Shown: positions 1-9,302, counted from the first letter of the stretch. The stretch: 64,000 nt of DNA from Arcobacteraceae bacterium (GCA_963662945.1 OY759974.1:1-64000); one strand, 5' to 3'. Program-made: numbers and translations. Notes: generated by a model from the sequence alone, not told the origin.

Positions 1-289
1 CAGAAGCAATACCAGACATTATCACTAAGTTAGCTTTTCTTTGGGCAATATCTATGGTGAATTTTGCTGCTAAATCATCTCTCATAACACTACGTATATT
101 GCCGTGTTTATCAACTACAACAGCTGATACATTATATCCATCTTTACGACAAGCATCGATAGTCATTTTTGCAACATCATTTGCTGCTTCTAAACCAATA
201 TTTTTCTGCGTTAAAATATCAGCACCAAATAAATTTACACTCAATAAACAACTTAATAAGATTATTGATATTTGTATGTTTTTTTTCAT
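1..289 (-). CDS. GlcG/HbpS-family heme-binding protein with signal peptide (5' part; runs off the window start)
   Basis: Not in the ORF track. Manual translation from ATG 289: MKKNIQISIILLSCLLSVNLFGADILTQKNIGLEAANDVAKMTIDACRKDGYNVSAVVVDKHGNIRSVMRDD..FTIDIAQRKA. The VSAVVVDxxG and A.RKA motifs are typical; RBS AGGGA upstream. Confidence 0.8.
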   Translation of the reverse strand, partial: MKKNIQISIILLSCLLSVNLFGADILTQKNIGLEAANDVAKMTIDACRKDGYNVSAVVVDKHGNIRSVMRDDLAAKFTIDIAQRKANLVIMSGIAS

Positions 290-517
290 TATTTTTCCCT
301 TTAAAATTTAAATTTGTTTTTTATCTTATCATTTATTGTCTTATTCCCTATAATGTGACCATATTCTAGAGATTCTAACTACTTTATCTATTTCTCTTAC
401 TTCATACACTAGTCTATGTTGTATATTGAGTATGAACCACTTAAATTTCCAATCAGTTTCTCATAAGTTGGAAACAATATAGAAGTGAATCTAATTGTAC
501 CTGTCCCCTTTATTTTA

Positions 518-618
518 TGACCACTTAGACTTTTGAATTACATTCTAGCTTTTTCAGGCTTTAAAGCTTAAATTATTGCAAGTACACCCTTGTTTTTCTT
601 TACAATGTTTTGTTATAT
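518..618 (-). repeat. Truncated attC site (R'' half and centre present, distal arm and R' missing)
   Basis: ATATAAC R'' overlaps the stop of the 113-aa ORF. Colinear with 2204-2301 (shared TGACCACTTA, TAGCT, GCAAGTACACCCTTGTT). Similarity ends at about 518. Confidence 0.7.
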
Positions 619-954
619 AAAATTTTTTACTAATACTCCAATTAATAGATGAACTCCTATAAAACTAATAATAACTTTAAAAATAAAATATTTTTGTTCA
701 TTATCTCTCTTATCATAATGGTCAACAACTGTTGCAAGAAGTATTGTGACTATACATAAAATTACACCAAACATCAAAAAAGCTTGTTCATTTTCTAAAT
801 GAATTATTCTTCTATTACCAAAAATGACTTTTCCTGCTGGTATCATTATATCATTAATAATTAAACCATAACCGCCATATATTAATAATGCAATTGATAA
901 TAAAATATTTTTTGTTCTTATGTTTTTTGGAATAGTATTTGGTTTATATTTCAT
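613..954 (-). CDS. Small membrane protein (about 3 TM segments), integron cassette gene
   Basis: 113 aa with three hydrophobic stretches; bounded by GTTATAT upstream and ATATAAC at its stop codon. Confidence 0.75.
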   Translation of the reverse strand: MKYKPNTIPKNIRTKNILLSIALLIYGGYGLIINDIMIPAGKVIFGNRRIIHLENEQAFLMFGVILCIVTILLATVVDHYDKRDNEQKYFIFKVIISFIGVHLLIGVLVKNFI

Positions 955-965
955 ACTCTTTCTTT

Positions 966-1034
966 ATATAACGTTTAAAATGAGCCGATGAATTGCCCTC
1001 AGGGTAATTTATTGGCTCCACTGATTTGTTAGGT
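966..1034 (-). repeat. attC recombination site (69 bp)
   Basis: Minus strand: ACCTAAC-aaatc-AGTG(G)AGCCAATAAATTACCC-tga-GGGCAATTCATCGGCTCATT-ttaaac-GTTATAT. Shows AAC/GTT core boxes, an extrahelical G, and A:C mismatches that become G:T pairs on the other strand. Confidence 0.88.
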
Positions 1035-2144
1035 GTTTTCTAAGACTTTTTCACGTTCTAAAACTTTTCTTATGTCTTCAAAAATAGCAGAAATATTTCC
1101 TTTTGGATAGCGAATTTGTCCTAAACCTTGAATATTACTAAACTCTTTACAACCTTCTTCTAATAAAACTATAGCTTTTTCAAAACCTAAACGCCCTTGA
1201 AATAAACCAACTTCATGTATAACATTCATTCTTGCTTGATAATTTCCATCTAATTGTTCATCTTCGGCAGACATAATTAAAAAAGCAAAACATGATTGGT
1301 CTAACATTTGATTTAATCTATTTGTATTTGAAAGTCCAGCAACTGGAATTCTATTAAATTCATCCCATGTAAGATTAAGTCTGTCCTGAATGAAATCTTT
1401 TAAATCACGCCAATCACTTGAACGACCATGTCCTATAAAAATATGTGAACCTGTTTGCTTAATATTATTAATCATTTGTTCCTCCATATTATCTAAGTAT
1501 TTAGATATTTTTAAGATAGTTTTATTTAGTTGTTCCAATGTATGGAAAGAAGCTATTATTTCGTGAACAGCAGATATAACTACAATATGGGGAGGTGGAA
1601 TAAGTTTTTTATCAACTTTTTGGTCTCTTGTTGCAATTGTACCTTTAGGCATATAACTTTTAATAAAATCATTTTGAGATAAAATCTTTATTTTTTCTAA
1701 CTCATCAATTAACTGATTAATAAATTTATTATCTGTTAAATTTTTTGCATGTATGATTAGCAATATGTTATCTTTTACTTCTTCAATTAATTTATTTGCC
1801 TCCAAACTATTTTTTCTAATACTGGATAAATCAATATTTCCAGCTTTATCTTCAATGTAAGATATTACTTCATCTGAATTGTATTCAATCCAATCTCCAG
1901 TACTTCCCATACCTAACATGCCATAATCACTATATATTCCCCATTCCGAACTAAAGTGTGCACCTCTTGGAGGTACAGAAAAGTTTTCATAATATACACT
2001 TGAATGATAGCCTAGCCATGAACCAGACCAAGCTTTAGAAATGCTTTCTGCTTCTTTAATAAGTGGATTTACACTTGAATAATCATAGTTTAAATATTTG
2101 TCTAATTTTTTAATTTCTTCTTTTAATTGTTCTGATAGTGTCAA
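1029..2144 (-). CDS. TIR-like nucleotide-binding domain protein (CAP12/Pycsar effector-type TIR at the C-terminus, unknown ~220-aa N-terminus)
   Basis: IFIGHGRS...FAFLIMSAED...ARMNVIHEVGLFQGRLGFEKAIVL..SNIQG with the catalytic-type Glu; stop codon lies inside the attC R'' box. Confidence 0.85.
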   Translation of the reverse strand: MTLSEQLKEEIKKLDKYLNYDYSSVNPLIKEAESISKAWSGSWLGYHSSVYYENFSVPPRGAHFSSEWGIYSDYGMLGMGSTGDWIEYNSDEVISYIEDKAGNIDLSSIRKNSLEANKLIEEVKDNILLIIHAKNLTDNKFINQLIDELEKIKILSQNDFIKSYMPKGTIATRDQKVDKKLIPPPHIVVISAVHEIIASFHTLEQLNKTILKISKYLDNMEEQMINNIKQTGSHIFIGHGRSSDWRDLKDFIQDRLNLTWDEFNRIPVAGLSNTNRLNQMLDQSCFAFLIMSAEDEQLDGNYQARMNVIHEVGLFQGRLGFEKAIVLLEEGCKEFSNIQGLGQIRYPKGNISAIFEDIRKVLEREKVLENT

Positions 2145-2170
2145 TGATTATTCCTTTATTTATATTTTAT

Positions 2171-2301
2171 ACCTAACGTTTGATTTAAGTGGACAAGGGT
2201 GTTTGACCACTTAATATTTGAACTTTTATGTTAGCTAATTTAGACTTTAATGCTTGAATTATCGCAAGTACACCCTTGTTCACTTCTAAGATTTGTTATA
2301 A
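2171..2301 (-). repeat. attC recombination site (131 bp)
   Basis: Minus strand: TTATAAC-aaatc-TTAG-AAGTGAACAAGGGTG...CACCCTTGTCCACTT-aaatcaaac-GTTAGGT; the arms are 14/15 complementary. Confidence 0.88.
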
Positions 2302-3425
2302 GTTCTTATTTTCTTAAGTATATCTGGAATTTCATCATAAGAATCAATCCATATAATTCCTACACCAAAGGATAAAGCATCATTTTCTTCAAATTTTTCC
2401 ATTAGCAAAACAAGTTCAGAAACAACTTCATCAAATTCCATATTTGCTTGAGATTTTTGACTTACTATATCGTCATTTTCGGATAATAATTTTTCTAATT
2501 TCTTTTTTATTTGATCTTTATTGTATTTCTTTTTAAAACAATAATGATGAATTTCATCATCACCTCTTTCATTTTTTGAAATATCTAGTAATCTTCGTAG
2601 GTTAGGGTCTGAGAATGACACTCCAATAAATAAACAATTGTAATCTTTAAATTTATTAATTTGGATTAAATTACTCCAACCATAAATATCATTATATTGT
2701 TGATGATACTCATCTTCACCTAAAACAACTTTATTATTCTTAGTTAAGTTTCCTTTTCGTGGTAAATACCCATGTACATGATATATAGGCAATTGATGTT
2801 GCTCATGTTTCATTCCTCTAGCATGAATTGGTATAAAAGGTATATCAACATCTATATTAGTCAAGCATTGTTCAATAATATCGTCATAGTTATATGTAAT
2901 TATAGAGTCTAAATTAGGACTTCTCCCAGCAGCTATACAAAACTGTCTAATTTCTTTTAAAAGTTCAGAGTCTGTCTTTTCATTTAATCCTTCATACAGA
3001 GCATCTCTAATTGCATTTTCAAATGCCAACTGTGATTTTGGATGAGTTTTACGAAAATGATCATGTAGATACCTTGCTGTAATTAATGAGTTAGGTTCAA
3101 AAACATTAGAGAATGTTCTTGCAAGTACACCAGCTTTTGTATTGTTTTTACTTTCATCTTTATCAGACTCAAGAGTTATAAGTAGTATTTTTTGTAATAA
3201 TGTATTCCAATCAGGTAAACCATATGGAACAGAAGAACCAGCACCAAGAACCTTGACTAACCTTTGAGATTGATACCATCCTGAAATAGTTGATATTTTT
3301 TCATCACGTGTTAACTTACGTTTTTCAATTAATGATATATAATCTTCAAATTTATTTGAGAAGGATTTGTTTAAAAATGCTTTTAATAAATCACTAGAAA
3401 GTTTTACTGCAAGTTCTGTTGACAT
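2286..3425 (-). CDS. SIR2-like (SIR2_2) putative NADase, first integron cassette
   Basis: LGAGSSVPYGLPDW, ITYNYDD, YHVHG, VLGEDEY, LFIGVSFSDPNLRRLL motifs; RBS AAGGA. Confidence 0.88.
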   Translation of the reverse strand: MSTELAVKLSSDLLKAFLNKSFSNKFEDYISLIEKRKLTRDEKISTISGWYQSQRLVKVLGAGSSVPYGLPDWNTLLQKILLITLESDKDESKNNTKAGVLARTFSNVFEPNSLITARYLHDHFRKTHPKSQLAFENAIRDALYEGLNEKTDSELLKEIRQFCIAAGRSPNLDSIITYNYDDIIEQCLTNIDVDIPFIPIHARGMKHEQHQLPIYHVHGYLPRKGNLTKNNKVVLGEDEYHQQYNDIYGWSNLIQINKFKDYNCLFIGVSFSDPNLRRLLDISKNERGDDEIHHYCFKKKYNKDQIKKKLEKLLSENDDIVSQKSQANMEFDEVVSELVLLMEKFEENDALSFGVGIIWIDSYDEIPDILKKIRTYNKS

Positions 3426-3441
3426 TAATTTTCCTTTTACT

Positions 3442-3494
3442 ACTAATAACTATTTATTGAATATACATTATATATAAAACAGCCTGAAAATCAA
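3442..3494 (-). promoter_or_regulatory. Putative cassette promoter (TTGATT-16-TATAAT) and attI-like GTT junction
   Basis: -35 at 3489-3494, -10 at 3467-3472. GTTATTAGT (3450-3442) matches the complement of ACTTATAAC at the first attC (8/9). Confidence 0.55.
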
Positions 3495-3769
3495 CAAATA
3501 ACATACATTAAAAATATCGTATATTAAAATAACTGTAAACACCTTAAATAAAGTCTTCTTGAACATTTTACTATAAAAAACATTACAATATATTATATGT
3601 TTTAAATAATTTTTAAATTTATGATATGGTTTTTATGTATGTTTAATGTCGATATTTCGATGATAATAGTACATTATGTATTATATTATGACAATATCGT
3701 AATAAACCTGCATTATGTTAAATTTATTGGGAGGTGATATTGCACAAGATGGGACAAAATTTTAACCAT

Positions 3770-3800
3770 AAAAAAAGGTAAGATTTTCACCTCACCTTTT
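3770..3800 (-). terminator. Intrinsic terminator after aspS
   Basis: Minus strand AAAAGGTGAG-loop-CTTACCTTTTTTT, about 25 nt after the aspS stop. Confidence 0.7.
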
Positions 3801-3822
3801 CCTTCATAAAACAGTTAGTTGC

Positions 3823-5574
3823 CTAGTCAGCTTTCTGTCTAATTCTAAGACTTAACTCTTTTAGTTGCTCTTCATCTACAACACTTGGTGCTTGAGTTAG
3901 AAGACATTGTGCTTTTTGTGTTTTAGGGAATGCAATAACATCTCTGATACTATCTGTACCTGCAAGAAGCATAATCATTCTATCAAAACCTAAAGCAAAA
4001 CCACCATGTGGAGGTGCACCAAACTCTAGTGCATCTAGTAAGAAACCAAATTTTTCTTTTGCTTCCTCATCGCTGATACCCATAAGTTTAAATACTTTAT
4101 CTTGAATCTCTTGTTTATGAATTCTGATACTTCCACCACCAAGCTCTGTACCATTTAGAACGATATCATAAGCAATAGACTCAATCTCTTCTAAATCACT
4201 AATATCATCTAAAGATTTTGGCATTGTAAATGGATGGTGAAGTGCTTTTGTTCTCCCATCAACGTTTTCAAACATAGGGAAATCAACAACCCATAAGAAC
4301 TCAAAAGCATCTTTTTGGATGATATCCATTTGCTCTGCTAAGAAAAGTCTAAATCTTCCCATATAGTCAAGAACTGTTTTTTTATCTCCAGCTCCAAAGA
4401 ATACTACATCTCCAACTTCAAGTTCAGTTCTTGCAATAATTGCTTCTAAATCAGCTTCACTAAAGAACTTAGTTAATGGACCTTTTAATCCATCCTCTTT
4501 CATTTGGAAGTATCCAAGACCACTTGCACCAAATTTTCTTACATAGTCCTCAAAACCTTTCATTTGTCTTTTTGAGAAGATATTATCTCCATTTGGACAT
4601 TTTAGTGCTTTGATTCTATTTTTTGTTGAGTTTGCTGCGATATTTGAAAATATTTCATTTGTAGAGTTGATAAAGATATCATCAACATCAACCATAGCCA
4701 TACCAAATCGCATATCTGGTTTATCAGACCCATATTTTTCCATAGCATCTTTGTATGTCATTCTTGGAAATGTTGTAGGTACATCTTTTCCACAAGCTTT
4801 AAATGTATCAGAAATTAGTTTTTCAGCTACTTTAATAACATCTTCTTGAGTACAAAATGACATCTCGACGTCTATTTGAGTAAACTCTGGTTGTCTATCT
4901 GCTCTTAAATCTTCATCTCTAAAACATTTTGCTATTTGGAAGTATTTATCAAATCCAGCTACCATTAAAAGTTGTTTAAATAGTTGTGGAGATTGTGGAA
5001 GTGCATAAAACTCTCCATGATGCACTCTTGAAGGCACAAGATAATCTCTTGCTCCTTCTGGAGTAGATTTTGTTAAAATTGGAGTTTCAACATCTAAAAA
5101 CCCCATCTCATTTAAACAGTTTCTTACAGCTATATTTGCAGTACTTCTTAGTTTAAATATCTCGTAAGACTTTGTACTTCTAAGTTCTAAAAATCTATTT
5201 CTTAATTTAATCTCTTCATTTACTTTTTCATCATTTAAGTCAAATGGCATAGGTTTTGATCTATTTTCAATAACTAGGTTTTCAATAACAATCTCTATTT
5301 TACCAGTTACAAGATTTGGGTTTTCAAGTCCTTCCCCTCTAGCTCTTACTTTTCCTGTTGCTATTAAAACGAACTCATCTCTTACTTTTTCAGCAACTTC
5401 CCAAGCTGCTTTATTGTCAGCTGGATCACACACTAGTTGTACTAAACCACCTTTATCTCTTAAATCTATAAAGATAAGACCACCATGGTCACGTCTGCTG
5501 TTTACCCAACCAGCTACTGTTACTGTTTCACCTATACTTGTTTCTGTTACATCTGTACAATAATGTGTTCTCAA
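3823..5574 (-). CDS. aspS: Aspartate--tRNA ligase
   Basis: MRTHYC start, [30 protein letters not shown] motifs. Confidence 0.98.
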   Translation of the reverse strand: MRTHYCTDVTETSIGETVTVAGWVNSRRDHGGLIFIDLRDKGGLVQLVCDPADNKAAWEVAEKVRDEFVLIATGKVRARGEGLENPNLVTGKIEIVIENLVIENRSKPMPFDLNDEKVNEEIKLRNRFLELRSTKSYEIFKLRSTANIAVRNCLNEMGFLDVETPILTKSTPEGARDYLVPSRVHHGEFYALPQSPQLFKQLLMVAGFDKYFQIAKCFRDEDLRADRQPEFTQIDVEMSFCTQEDVIKVAEKLISDTFKACGKDVPTTFPRMTYKDAMEKYGSDKPDMRFGMAMVDVDDIFINSTNEIFSNIAANSTKNRIKALKCPNGDNIFSKRQMKGFEDYVRKFGASGLGYFQMKEDGLKGPLTKFFSEADLEAIIARTELEVGDVVFFGAGDKKTVLDYMGRFRLFLAEQMDIIQKDAFEFLWVVDFPMFENVDGRTKALHHPFTMPKSLDDISDLEEIESIAYDIVLNGTELGGGSIRIHKQEIQDKVFKLMGISDEEAKEKFGFLLDALEFGAPPHGGFALGFDRMIMLLAGTDSIRDVIAFPKTQKAQCLLTQAPSVVDEEQLKELSLRIRQKAD

Positions 5575-5649
5575 AAATATTCCCTTTTAAGTTAGTTTTT
5601 TATTATATCTTATTAATTTTTTGGATTATAGCTAAAAGTTGGTTAAAAA

Positions 5650-6984
5650 CTAAATATCTTCTATCTCAACTTTATTTTTACCAGTTTTTTTTGCTTTATA
5701 AAGTGCTTCATCTGCTCTTTTAAAAAGCTCTATATAAGAATCTATAGAGTGAAGTTGTGATACACCAAAAGAACAAGTTATTCTTAACTCTTGTGTAAAA
5801 CTAAAAGATTCAATAGTTTGTCGTATTTTTTGAGCCACTATTAGAGAATCTTGTATAGTTGTATGAGATAAACAAATAGCAAACTCTTCACCGCCCCATC
5901 TTGAAGCTATATCACTTTCTCGTATAGAAAGTTTAATGATTTTTGCTATTTCTTTTAAAATAATATCTCCCACATCATGTCCATAAGTATCATTTATACG
6001 TTTAAAATCATCAATATCAAGGAGCACTAAACATAAATCTTTATCATGATATCTTTTTATTTGTTTTATTTCATATTCAATTAATGAATCAAATTTCCTT
6101 CTATTGTAAAGTTGTGTTAGAAAATCAGTTGATGCTTTTTCTTCTAAAGAGGCAGTTCTTTCGATAAGTTTTTTATTGATAATAGAAAGCTCTGTACCTC
6201 TTTGTTTAATTATCTCCATCCATTTATTATTGAGTAATCTTAACAGCTCCGTTTGTGTAACAATACCAGAAACTTTGCCTGTATTATCTGTTACAACAAT
6301 ACGTTTGAAATGTTTATCTTGGATGAATTTGATAGCTTCTGCAATTGTGATATTACTTGGAACAGACTGCAAAGGTGTACTCATATAGTTTTTAATAGGA
6401 AGTTTTAAATTTGCTTTACTATTTATAATATTTAAAAAATCTTTGGTTGTAAAAATACCAAGTGCACTGTTTGATTCGTCAACAACAAGTAAAGAGTCAA
6501 TATGTTTTGTTTGCATTGTTTTAATTGCATTTATAGTTGATTCATCTTTATAAATTGTGATAGCTGTGTATTGTAATATTAAATTTCCTACACTTTGTTT
6601 TTGCATCAAAATTTGAGGATCAATATTATTAATAATATCTGTTTGTGAAATAATTCCTATAAGTTGATTTTGAAACATCACAACCATATACTCATATATT
6701 TCGTCATCTTGATTGATTATTTCTAAAATATTAGTTTTTGCATCAATCTTTTTTACCTCTTTAAGAGTGAGGTTTGAAAGCTTTGTTTGTAAAGGTATAT
6801 TTTGGATTTTATAGGTGATAGTGTCATTAACAGTGAGGATAAAATACTCTTCAAGAGCTTCACTGATAATTAGAACACTCCTGACATTTGCATTTGTCAT
6901 TGCCCGTACAGCTGCTTCGATAGTATGATTTATATCAATAGTTACTATCTCTTTTGTACAAATCTGCTCAACTGTAGGGAACAT
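5650..6984 (-). CDS. Diguanylate cyclase with N-terminal CBS domains
   Basis: CBS-like repeats, then TDFLTQLYNRR, DIDDFKRINDTYGH, RESD I-site, RWGGEEF. Confidence 0.9.
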   Translation of the reverse strand: MFPTVEQICTKEIVTIDINHTIEAAVRAMTNANVRSVLIISEALEEYFILTVNDTITYKIQNIPLQTKLSNLTLKEVKKIDAKTNILEIINQDDEIYEYMVVMFQNQLIGIISQTDIINNIDPQILMQKQSVGNLILQYTAITIYKDESTINAIKTMQTKHIDSLLVVDESNSALGIFTTKDFLNIINSKANLKLPIKNYMSTPLQSVPSNITIAEAIKFIQDKHFKRIVVTDNTGKVSGIVTQTELLRLLNNKWMEIIKQRGTELSIINKKLIERTASLEEKASTDFLTQLYNRRKFDSLIEYEIKQIKRYHDKDLCLVLLDIDDFKRINDTYGHDVGDIILKEIAKIIKLSIRESDIASRWGGEEFAICLSHTTIQDSLIVAQKIRQTIESFSFTQELRITCSFGVSQLHSIDSYIELFKRADEALYKAKKTGKNKVEIEDI

Positions 6985-7000
6985 TATAGTTTTCCTTGTT

Positions 7001-8368
7001 TCATATTGTTTTACTAAATCTTCTTTTATCTTCTGGTATATTGTTTAAATATGCATCAAAGGGCATAGAGATATTTCTTATTAACATTGCACCAGTTGAA
7101 TTTGCTTCAATTTTACTATCAGTAATTGTTAGAAGCTCAGCTTCTTGAAACTCTTTAAGAGCTTTTAAAGCATCACTAAAATATTCTTTAAAATTAATTT
7201 GAAACTTCTCTTCACATCTTTTAATATCTAAACTAAAGTTTGACATTAATTCCATGATAACATATTGTCTTAACATATCATCATCATTTAGTTTATAGCC
7301 TTTAAATACAGGTAAATTTCCAGAATCTATGGCTTCTTCATAAGTTTTTAAATCTTTGAAGTTTTGTACATAGTAATCAACACCATCCCCAATTGATGTA
7401 ACACCAATACCAATTAAATCAGCACCACCTTTTGTAGTATATCCTTGGAAGTTTCTATGAAGTTCACCCTTTTCTATAGCTTTAAAAAGTTCATCTTCTG
7501 GTTTTGCGAAGTGATCCATTCCAACCATTTTATAGCCATTTGATTCAAAAAATTCAATAGTATCTTTTAGAATTTCTAATTTTGTTGAAGGTGGGGCAAA
7601 TGTTGTTTCATCAAATTTTCTTTGAGTTTTCATCATCCAAGGTACATGTGCATAGTTAAACACAGCTAATCTATCTGGGTTGAGTGTAATAATATCTCTA
7701 ATTGTTTTTGCAAAAGTTTCTTTTGTTTGATATGGAAGACCATAAATTAAATCTATATTTATAGAGTTTATTCCAGCATCTCTTGCTATTTTTACTACAT
7801 TTTGTGTTGTTTCAAATGGTTGTATCCTATGGATAGTTTCTTGTACTTTTGGGTCTAAATCTTGTACTCCAAAACTTACACGATTTGTACCAGCTTCTTT
7901 TAGTACATCCATATGTTCTTTAGTAAAATATCGTGGGTCTATTTCACAAGATATTTCAGCATCACTACTAAAATTTGGAAAAGTATCTTTAATAGCATCT
8001 AACACTTCTTTAAGCTGTAAAGCACTAAGAAAAGTTGGAGTTCCCCCACCAAAATGCATTTGAGTTACGGTTCTATTTGTATTTAAATGTTGCGCTAATA
8101 TTTTCAGCTCTTTTTTTAGATACTCAATATATCTAACTTTTTTATCCTCTTTACTTGTAAAAATTACATTACATCCACAAAAATAACAAGCACTTCTACA
8201 AAAAGGGATATGAATATATAGAGATAATGGTCTATCATCACTTTGAGACTTAAACTTTTCTATTAAATCACTTTGTGAGAAATTTGTGTGAAACTCAGGA
8301 GCTGTTGGATAACTAGTATATCGAGGTCCTGGTCGTGAATACTTTTCAAACTTACTAAAATCAATCAT
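7001..8368 (-). CDS. hemN: Oxygen-independent coproporphyrinogen III oxidase
   Basis: GPRYTSYPTA, HIPFCRSACYFCGC radical-SAM motif, RNFQGY. Confidence 0.97.
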   Translation of the reverse strand: MIDFSKFEKYSRPGPRYTSYPTAPEFHTNFSQSDLIEKFKSQSDDRPLSLYIHIPFCRSACYFCGCNVIFTSKEDKKVRYIEYLKKELKILAQHLNTNRTVTQMHFGGGTPTFLSALQLKEVLDAIKDTFPNFSSDAEISCEIDPRYFTKEHMDVLKEAGTNRVSFGVQDLDPKVQETIHRIQPFETTQNVVKIARDAGINSINIDLIYGLPYQTKETFAKTIRDIITLNPDRLAVFNYAHVPWMMKTQRKFDETTFAPPSTKLEILKDTIEFFESNGYKMVGMDHFAKPEDELFKAIEKGELHRNFQGYTTKGGADLIGIGVTSIGDGVDYYVQNFKDLKTYEEAIDSGNLPVFKGYKLNDDDMLRQYVIMELMSNFSLDIKRCEEKFQINFKEYFSDALKALKEFQEAELLTITDSKIEANSTGAMLIRNISMPFDAYLNNIPEDKRRFSKTI

Positions 8369-9298
8369 TTATTTTTCATCTCTTTTTCTATCTAGCCAAA
8401 CCATAATAGCTTTTTGCACATGGAGTCTGTTTTCTGCTTCTGTGAATACAACTTCACTATGTTTTTCAAAAGTTTCAGTACTTACTTCATATTCTCGATA
8501 TGCTGGTAAACAATGTAAAAATATAGCTTTAGAGTCTGCAAGACTCATCATATTTTCATCAATCATATATCCAGTAAAATCTTTGATTCTTTTTTCTTTT
8601 TCACTTTCTTGTCCCATAGATACCCAAGTATCCGTTGTAACAACTGTAGCACCTGATATAGCCTCTTTTGGATCATCTGTTGTTGAGATAATTGCACCAG
8701 TTTTTTTAGCAATTTGTAATGCTTCAAAATAGATATCTTTATCTACTTCATATCCTTTTGGTGTAGCAATTCTAAGTTCAAATCCCATTTGTGCTGCTAA
8801 CATTAACCAAGAGTGAGTCATATTATTTCCATCTCCCACATAAGCTACAACTAAATTATCTTGTAAATTATATTCCATAATTGTAAGATAATCAGCCATA
8901 AGTTGTACAGGGTGATATTTATCAGTCAATCCATTAATAACAGGAACTTTTGAATATGAAGCAAACTCTTCAAGTTCTTTTTGAGAGTCATTTCGTATCA
9001 TAACCATATCAACCATTCTCGAAATTACTCTACTTGTATCACTAATAGGCTCACCTCGACCTAGTTGAATATCATTTGAACTTAAAAATAATCCTATACC
9101 ACCAAGTTGATAAATACCTGTTTCAAAACTAACACGAGTTCTTGTACTACTTTTCTCAAAAATCATACCTAATGTTTTGTTTGGCATATATTTTTTAAAG
9201 ATATTTTCTTTTGTTTCTTTTTTAATTTGAACAGCAAGATTTAAAATCTCAACAATCTCTTCTTTAGAATAATCTTTTAGTGTTAAAAAATGTCTCAT
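8369..9298 (-). CDS. argF: Ornithine carbamoyltransferase
   Basis: [20 protein letters not shown] motifs; start moved to ATG 9298 (MRHFLTL). Confidence 0.96.
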   Translation of the reverse strand: MRHFLTLKDYSKEEIVEILNLAVQIKKETKENIFKKYMPNKTLGMIFEKSSTRTRVSFETGIYQLGGIGLFLSSNDIQLGRGEPISDTSRVISRMVDMVMIRNDSQKELEEFASYSKVPVINGLTDKYHPVQLMADYLTIMEYNLQDNLVVAYVGDGNNMTHSWLMLAAQMGFELRIATPKGYEVDKDIYFEALQIAKKTGAIISTTDDPKEAISGATVVTTDTWVSMGQESEKEKRIKDFTGYMIDENMMSLADSKAIFLHCLPAYREYEVSTETFEKHSEVVFTEAENRLHVQKAIMVWLDRKRDEK

Positions 9299-9302
9299 AA
9301 TG

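Larger units (their letters stand above)
518..3450 (-). mobile_element. Integron gene-cassette array with no adjacent integrase (CALIN-like), three cassettes
   Basis: Co-oriented ORFs separated only by attC hairpins. Each cassette begins with a GTT box complementary to its own downstream AAC box. Confidence 0.85.

Noticed and set aside
54-369. Plus-strand ORFs of 85 and 66 aa
   Set aside because: Shadows of the minus-strand GlcG/HbpS gene (1-289).
1029-3425. Canonical Thoeris (thsA-thsB)
   Set aside because: The SIR2 lacks an evident SLOG/Macro domain, the TIR is CAP12-type with a long N-terminus, and an attC separates the genes.
3450-3480. ATAATGTATATT resembling the centre of E. coli dif
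   Set aside because: The flanking arms do not match; better explained as the -10 region in AT-rich DNA.
3729-3781. GGAGG followed by a short TTG ORF, as a possible integrase remnant
   Set aside because: Only about 13 codons with no recognisable tyrosine-recombinase motif.
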